This document shows positions 52,768 to 57,479 of a DNA stretch of 57,479 bases, one piece after another. The stretch is from NCBI GenBank assembly GCA_965661045.1, contig CBFICN010000003.1:1-57479 (forward strand). The letters are read 5' to 3'. The notes under the pieces are model-generated. The model did no database searches. It was not told the origin of the DNA and saw nothing but the letters and a program-made list of their open reading frames with translations. Position numbers and translations under genes: made by a program. Each line of letters opens with the position of its first letter. Within the stretch, counting starts at the first letter, position 1. The DNA comes from an uncultured Myxococcota bacterium. Its GTDB lineage: Bacteria > Myxococcota_A > UBA796.

Positions 52768-53975
52768 GGTTTGATCTCCAAATGGGGGGGTAAACTAAAT
52801 CGAAGTTCAGAGCAACCGTAGGTACTCGGGGTCAGTCGAATGACAGTGTGCAGTGGGATTGAAAGACGGGGCACTTCTGCTTTGTTGTGGTTCATAAAAT
52901 AGCCGTAAATGACACGCAGGATTGCTTGATGGGCAACCACCAAAACGGGTTTGGAACGGTGCTCGAGTGCTAGAATAATGGGTTCCACGCGGCGAATGAC
53001 GTCTTCATAAGATTCTCCTTGTGGATAGCGATAGCGGAGTTTGTCGCTTGCACGTCCTTCAGCCACACTGGGGTGCTGCTGGGCAATTTCTTCATAGGTG
53101 AGGTTGTCGCACAGACCGGCATGGATTTCGTCGAGTATTTTCCAGCGTTGAATCGGTCGGCCCAATCTAGACGCCGTTTGCACCGTGCGGACCAGGGTGC
53201 TTGTCCACACCTCTTCAACCTCCACATCTTGCATGAAGTCGCTGAGAGAATTGGCATATCGTCGACCGTTGGGGCTGAGACTGGAATCTCCTCCAACTCG
53301 ATTTTGGGTGTTGTAGATGCTTTGTCCGTGTCGAGTAAGCCAGATTTTGGTGGGGACCAAGTTTAACTGCGAGACCAAATGGGCGACTTTAATGAGAATC
53401 GGACCCGATATTCGATGGAGTACGACTTTTCGTCCAGCGTCGATGATCTTGATCCACGGTGTGGGACCGTCTTGAAGGGGTTCGTAGGAACTCACATAGT
53501 GGGCAATGCGGGCTTTAAAGTCGGCTATCGCATCGTCTTTGGAACTGTGAACATAGTCTGGTGAAGTCAGTTTGCTTTGGGCGATGTTGGTGTCAATGAT
53601 GCTCTCGTCTTCGCAGATCGATTCAATAAACGCGCAGTGTATCCCGCGACGCCCCAACTGTTCCAATAGCCATTGTCTGCGTACTGTTGTACTGTTGGTT
53701 GCATCAAAAACAGCAACCTCTCCACCTTGGTTTAACCACTCAATCATATCGGTCAGGGCAGATTGTGCGGCTTGATGGCGAGCCTTGACCCCTTCTTCAT
53801 TAGTCGGCGAGAAAAAGTGATGGGGGACATCGGCACCACTTTGTTGGCGCCTGTAATTTCCGACGTTGAACACTTTGCTTCGATAACCAAGCCAGTCTAG
53901 GTGTCGAGCGATACGTCGGGCGGTGTAGGTCTTACCACGCGCGGGCAGGCCAACCATAATCAGGGCAGCAGACAT
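52764..53975 (-). CDS. Bifunctional 6-phosphofructo-2-kinase / fructose-2,6-bisphosphatase-like protein (eukaryote-type)
   Basis: 403 aa. IMVGLPARGKTYTARRIARHLDWLGYRSKVFNVGNYRR closely parallels animal PFKFB N-termini. Histidine-phosphatase domain WLTRHGQSIYN ... VVAHQAILR. ATGA overlap with cca, TGATG overlap with the helicase. Confidence 0.8.
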   Translation of the reverse strand: MSAALIMVGLPARGKTYTARRIARHLDWLGYRSKVFNVGNYRRQQSGADVPHHFFSPTNEEGVKARHQAAQSALTDMIEWLNQGGEVAVFDATNSTTVRRQWLLEQLGRRGIHCAFIESICEDESIIDTNIAQSKLTSPDYVHSSKDDAIADFKARIAHYVSSYEPLQDGPTPWIKIIDAGRKVVLHRISGPILIKVAHLVSQLNLVPTKIWLTRHGQSIYNTQNRVGGDSSLSPNGRRYANSLSDFMQDVEVEEVWTSTLVRTVQTASRLGRPIQRWKILDEIHAGLCDNLTYEEIAQQHPSVAEGRASDKLRYRYPQGESYEDVIRRVEPIILALEHRSKPVLVVAHQAILRVIYGYFMNHNKAEVPRLSIPLHTVIRLTPSTYGCSELRFSLPPHLEIKP

Positions 53976-56392
53976 CAGTCGTTGTTCCGGTTTTGAAGGT
54001 TCTTTGTTCGTCGTTTTTTGCGGCGTTGTTTCTTTCGGTGTTCGTTTTCGGATGGGGAGGTATCATCCGACCAAATTCCCATGGCTTTGCAAATCTTGGT
54101 GCTCTCGGTCTTAGACAGTCCCAATTTGGAGCAGATGGCATTGAGTTGGAGTGGATTGCTGTGCTTCCAACGGATTCCGTCAATGACATCGGCCCGTACA
54201 ATGTACCCAGCATATTGATAATACCCAAGTGACTTCGCCATCCCTTTGGGCCATGTTGCTTTGACACAGACTCGATGCTCAGGCAGTGCTGGCAACAGTT
54301 GTATCGAGTTCCACAGACCGTACAACACAAACCGCAACAGTTGGTGTTTGGATTTGTAGATGTCTCGATGGTACATGTGGTGTCGACCACAGACAATAGC
54401 AATTTTACCGAGTTGTTTGCGCAACTTGGTATTGGGTCTGGTTTGTCTGGTCAGGTGTAGCGTTCCCAGATTTTGTCTCAGTTCGTAGCGTGTTTCTCGA
54501 GTGGACGCATCTTCTCTCTGATAAATGGAGAACAATTGTTTGATTTGGCTTTGTACCCAGCCCAGAACGGTCATTTCTATCTGTCGCTTTTGTTTGGCAT
54601 CCAATAGATCCATAGAACGCAGTCGAATATTGGGTTCTCGAATTGTTTTTCCTTTGGACAATTGGGCCATCGGTCTATCGTCATAGCAGATTTGAAATTC
54701 TGCATTGATGGTCCAGTGATTGCGTTGCAAAATTTGACGGTATACACCTTGAGCAGTTTCATGGAAATGTTGTCTACCCAATGCTCGAACGGTCTGGAAG
54801 CCAAACCGACCTTGGGCTGCAGCACTGGGTATGAAAGAGAGCGCTTCAAGCACCCCTAGTCGCATGGTGCGACACCACAACTCATCGTTTTCAACGTACA
54901 CATCTTCTGGTGTGGAGCGTTTTTGAACGTGACCCATCTCATCGATAAATCGTTCTGTCAACCGCTCGTGCACCGTCTGGGAAAGTTTGTTTTCCAAATC
55001 CTTTAAATAGGGGTGCCATTTGTCTGTGTTGGCCAGCCAATCAGGTCGTTGTGAGATGTAATTCCACGTTCGAATCTTGGCCATGTTCGACAACAGTTTG
55101 GGAATGTCCCCTGCTAGGTTCTGGAGTTTTTCGAGCTCGCGCCTTACCCACAACTGAGACAGTTCTCCTTCCTCGATGAGTTGTAGAAATATCTTTTTGG
55201 TGAGTCGAAAGTGGTGTGCATGGCTTTGACCGGCGTAGTCCGGAATTCGAGCGACCGACCACAGGAGTTTTAAGTTTTCAGATCGATGACAGAGTGTGAC
55301 AACCTTGTCGTCTTTGAGCAAATAATTCATTGTCAATTCATCGAGTGCTTCACGTTGTGGAATGAGGCGCCCTGAAAAAGGACGTTTTTGTAAGGTGTCC
55401 CAAAAACGATCCAAACTTTCGAAAGAAATGTCTGAGTTGCGGTAGTATATTTTGCGAACGGGCGCAAAAACTTGCTCTTCGATGGCTTGGACCGCTGTGT
55501 CTGACAGCCCCCCTTGAGTTGCAGCATCTGTCGAAAGGTTAAAGGTTCCACCCTGCTTGAATCGACCGGCTCTGCCCGCAATTTGGCCAATTTCTCCAAG
55601 TCGTAGATATCGATAGTCTCGTCCGTCAAACTTGCGCAGTGACGCAAAGCATACATGTCGGATGTCCAAGTTCAACCCCAATCCGATTGCGTCTGTGGCA
55701 ATCAAGGTGTCCACTTTGCCACTTTGGAACAGTTCTACTTGCGCATTTCTCGACTGTGGGGACATCGCACCCATGACCAGTGCCACGCCGCCTTTGGCGA
55801 TGCGCATGCGATCGGCCAGTTCATAGAGGTGGGTAATGTTGAAGGAGACGATGGCTGTTCTTTTGGGCAGTGCGGACAGTCTCTTGGGCTGTACATACCT
55901 CAAGGGGCTCATTCGTTTTGACTGTTGAATTTGTACTGTGGGCACCAAGGTCTCTAAGATGTCAATCATGGTATCGGAACCGAGGAACCAAGTCTCGACT
56001 GTGCCACGTGCGTTGAGAATTCTGTCGGTAAAAATGTGTCCTCGTTTTGGGTGGGTGGCCAATTGGATTTCATCCACCACGACAATTGGGACGGTAATGT
56101 CAGAGGGCATCGACTCAACGGTACAGACGTAGTATCGGGGTCGGTTTGGAACAATTCTCTCTTCACCAGTGAGGAGTGCGACATCTCGAACGTGGGTTTC
56201 TTGAACCAACTTTTCATAGACTTCCCTCGCGAGAAGGCGAAGTGGCAAACCAATGATGCCGCGTTTGAGTTCGAGCATGCGTTTCAATGCGCGATGGGTT
56301 TTGCCAGTGTTGGTCGGACCAAGATCGGCAAAGATTAGTGAGCCGTTGTTGGCCTGCCCCCATTTTCCAAACTTTCCAGCCATCGCATACAC
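53975..56392 (-). CDS. Suv3 (SUPV3L1)-like ATP-dependent RNA helicase with basic C-terminal tail
   Basis: 805 aa. ADLGPTNTGKTHRAL...GLPLRLLAREVYEK (motif I region as in Suv3), VVDEIQL, ATDAIGLGLN, QIAGRAGR. Tail ENEHRKKQRRKKRRTKNLQNRNND. Confidence 0.8.
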   Translation of the reverse strand: MYAMAGKFGKWGQANNGSLIFADLGPTNTGKTHRALKRMLELKRGIIGLPLRLLAREVYEKLVQETHVRDVALLTGEERIVPNRPRYYVCTVESMPSDITVPIVVVDEIQLATHPKRGHIFTDRILNARGTVETWFLGSDTMIDILETLVPTVQIQQSKRMSPLRYVQPKRLSALPKRTAIVSFNITHLYELADRMRIAKGGVALVMGAMSPQSRNAQVELFQSGKVDTLIATDAIGLGLNLDIRHVCFASLRKFDGRDYRYLRLGEIGQIAGRAGRFKQGGTFNLSTDAATQGGLSDTAVQAIEEQVFAPVRKIYYRNSDISFESLDRFWDTLQKRPFSGRLIPQREALDELTMNYLLKDDKVVTLCHRSENLKLLWSVARIPDYAGQSHAHHFRLTKKIFLQLIEEGELSQLWVRRELEKLQNLAGDIPKLLSNMAKIRTWNYISQRPDWLANTDKWHPYLKDLENKLSQTVHERLTERFIDEMGHVQKRSTPEDVYVENDELWCRTMRLGVLEALSFIPSAAAQGRFGFQTVRALGRQHFHETAQGVYRQILQRNHWTINAEFQICYDDRPMAQLSKGKTIREPNIRLRSMDLLDAKQKRQIEMTVLGWVQSQIKQLFSIYQREDASTRETRYELRQNLGTLHLTRQTRPNTKLRKQLGKIAIVCGRHHMYHRDIYKSKHQLLRFVLYGLWNSIQLLPALPEHRVCVKATWPKGMAKSLGYYQYAGYIVRADVIDGIRWKHSNPLQLNAICSKLGLSKTESTKICKAMGIWSDDTSPSENEHRKKQRRKKRRTKNLQNRNND

Positions 56393-56428
56393 TCCTTACT
56401 GTTGGGCTGCTTGAAGACCGTCATGGAG

Positions 56429-57479
56429 TCACTTACGTCGCCCTTTGGGCTTAGAGCGAGTTTTGGATTTGTGGTGAGAATCTGGCTTCCGACGCTTTTG
56501 GGACTTCTTTGGACCTTTGCTTTTGGCTTTGGTCATCGGTTTGTGCGGCGCCCCAGTAGAAGGGGGATAGACCTCGTGCACCCACTTTCGATACTCCTCA
56601 AAGCGGCCCTCAACAATGCTCTGTCGCATGTCCGCCATAAATTTGGCAAACCACGTTAGGTTGTGAATTGTGGCTAAGGTTGCACTGAGTATCTCTCCAA
56701 TTTTGAACAAGTGGTGCAGGTAGGCTCGGGTAAAATTGCTGCATGTATAGCAAGTACAAGATGTATCTACAGCATACATGTCATTCTTGTATCGAGAGTC
56801 TGTCAGACGCATTCGCCCTTGAGAGGTATAGAACATACCAGAGCGAGAGTGGCGGGTTTGAATGACGCAGTCAAACATGTCGACACCACGAGCAACACCT
56901 TCGACCAGGTCGATTGGTCGTCCCACTCCCATCAGGTACCGTGGATGTTCTGGTGGCATATAAGGTGTGGTAAAGTCGAGAATCTCACACATGATTTGGT
57001 GACCTTCTCCCACCGACAATCCGCCAATGGCATAGCCGTCGAACCCAATGTCGGTGATTTGTTTCACAGAGCGTTTGCGCAAGTCTTCAAAGAAGCCACC
57101 CTGTACAATCCCAAACAAACTTTGATCGGGTCTTTCGTGGACATCTTTGCACCGTTGTTCCCACCGAGCGGTTCTGTCGACAGAGGCAGCTGTTTCTTTT
57201 TTGTCTGCACCATAGGGGAGGCACTCATCAAATACCATGGCGATGTCGCTGCCCAGTGCTTGCTGAATTTCCATGGACACTTCGGGGGATAAAAATGTTT
57301 TGCGTCCATCCACCTCATATTGAAACGTCACACCGTCTTCAGTGACCGTTTTGGGCAAGGAAAAGACTTGAAACCCACCAGAGTCGGTCAAAATAGGATG
57401 CTCTACATACATAATTTTGTGCAGTCCACCATGCTTGGCGACCAGACGATGTCCCGGGCGTTGAGACAGGTGGTAGGTG
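56429..57479 (-). CDS. tgt: tRNA-guanine transglycosylase (N-terminus runs off the right edge) with Lys/Arg-rich C-terminal extension
   Basis: The frame stays open to the window edge (…YHLSQRPGHRLVAKHGGLHKIMYVEHPILTDSGGFQVFSL). GIVQGG, GYAIGGLSVGE, Zn motif CTCYTCSNFTRAYLHHL. Tail KPMTKAKSKGPKKSQKRRKPDSHHKSKTRSKPKGRRK. Confidence 0.9.
   Translation of the reverse strand, partial: TYHLSQRPGHRLVAKHGGLHKIMYVEHPILTDSGGFQVFSLPKTVTEDGVTFQYEVDGRKTFLSPEVSMEIQQALGSDIAMVFDECLPYGADKKETAASVDRTARWEQRCKDVHERPDQSLFGIVQGGFFEDLRKRSVKQITDIGFDGYAIGGLSVGEGHQIMCEILDFTTPYMPPEHPRYLMGVGRPIDLVEGVARGVDMFDCVIQTRHSRSGMFYTSQGRMRLTDSRYKNDMYAVDTSCTCYTCSNFTRAYLHHLFKIGEILSATLATIHNLTWFAKFMADMRQSIVEGRFEEYRKWVHEVYPPSTGAPHKPMTKAKSKGPKKSQKRRKPDSHHKSKTRSKPKGRRK

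Noticed and set aside
1-57479. Search for CRISPR arrays, transposases, integrases, phage genes, rRNA and tRNA
   Set aside because: I saw no regularly spaced direct repeats, DDE or tyrosine-recombinase motifs, or RNA-gene-sized gaps apart from the 477-nt rhodopsin control region. That region lacks RNA-gene features. tRNAscan, Infernal or minced were not run, so small elements could have been missed.

Overview
Gene-dense chromosomal segment with about 50 protein-coding genes, many with overlapping start and stop codons. It looks like a marine, rhodopsin-bearing Gram-negative bacterium; lipoprotein signals, FGE-domain lipoproteins, GT-C membrane proteins and a candidate selenoprotein suggest a deltaproteobacteria-like, SAR324-like or Bdellovibrionota-like lineage, but that is inference only. 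I found no rRNA, tRNA, CRISPR array, transposase or integrase. GC looks moderate by eye and was not computed. Confident housekeeping calls: HMG-CoA lyase (partial), MtaB-like methylthiotransferase, HutI, FadI/FadJ, PfkA, OPT transporter, CCA-adding enzyme and Tgt (partial). The best candidate for an undescribed system is the light-harvesting locus at about 21.8-27.0 kb. It holds a DTE-motif proteorhodopsin/xanthorhodopsin-type pump with Met at the tuning position and Gly at the xanthorhodopsin antenna-fenestration position. A strong intrinsic terminator follows it, then a single ORF fusing lycopene cyclase (CrtY) to the retinal-forming dioxygenase (Blh). Across a 477-nt AT-rich control region with perfect inverted repeats lies a CrtQ-like carotenoid glycosyltransferase plus a PlsC-type acyltransferase. 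Together these suggest an acyl-glycosyl carotenoid antenna made next to the pump. Other notable items: (1) an in-frame TGA at the first Cys of the CxxC motif of a TlpA-like lipoprotein, a candidate selenoprotein; (2) a 1844-aa single-chain, eukaryote-type acetyl-CoA carboxylase; (3) a eukaryote-type PFK-2/FBPase-2 translationally coupled between a Suv3-like RNA helicase and the CCA-adding enzyme; (4) five divergent paralogous membrane-anchored LTXXQ-like proteins in two convergent operons with zero intergenic space; (5) a TRAP/TPAT-like transporter whose lipoprotein and permease share acidic DPF repeats. All functions come from motif recognition by eye; no database search was run.
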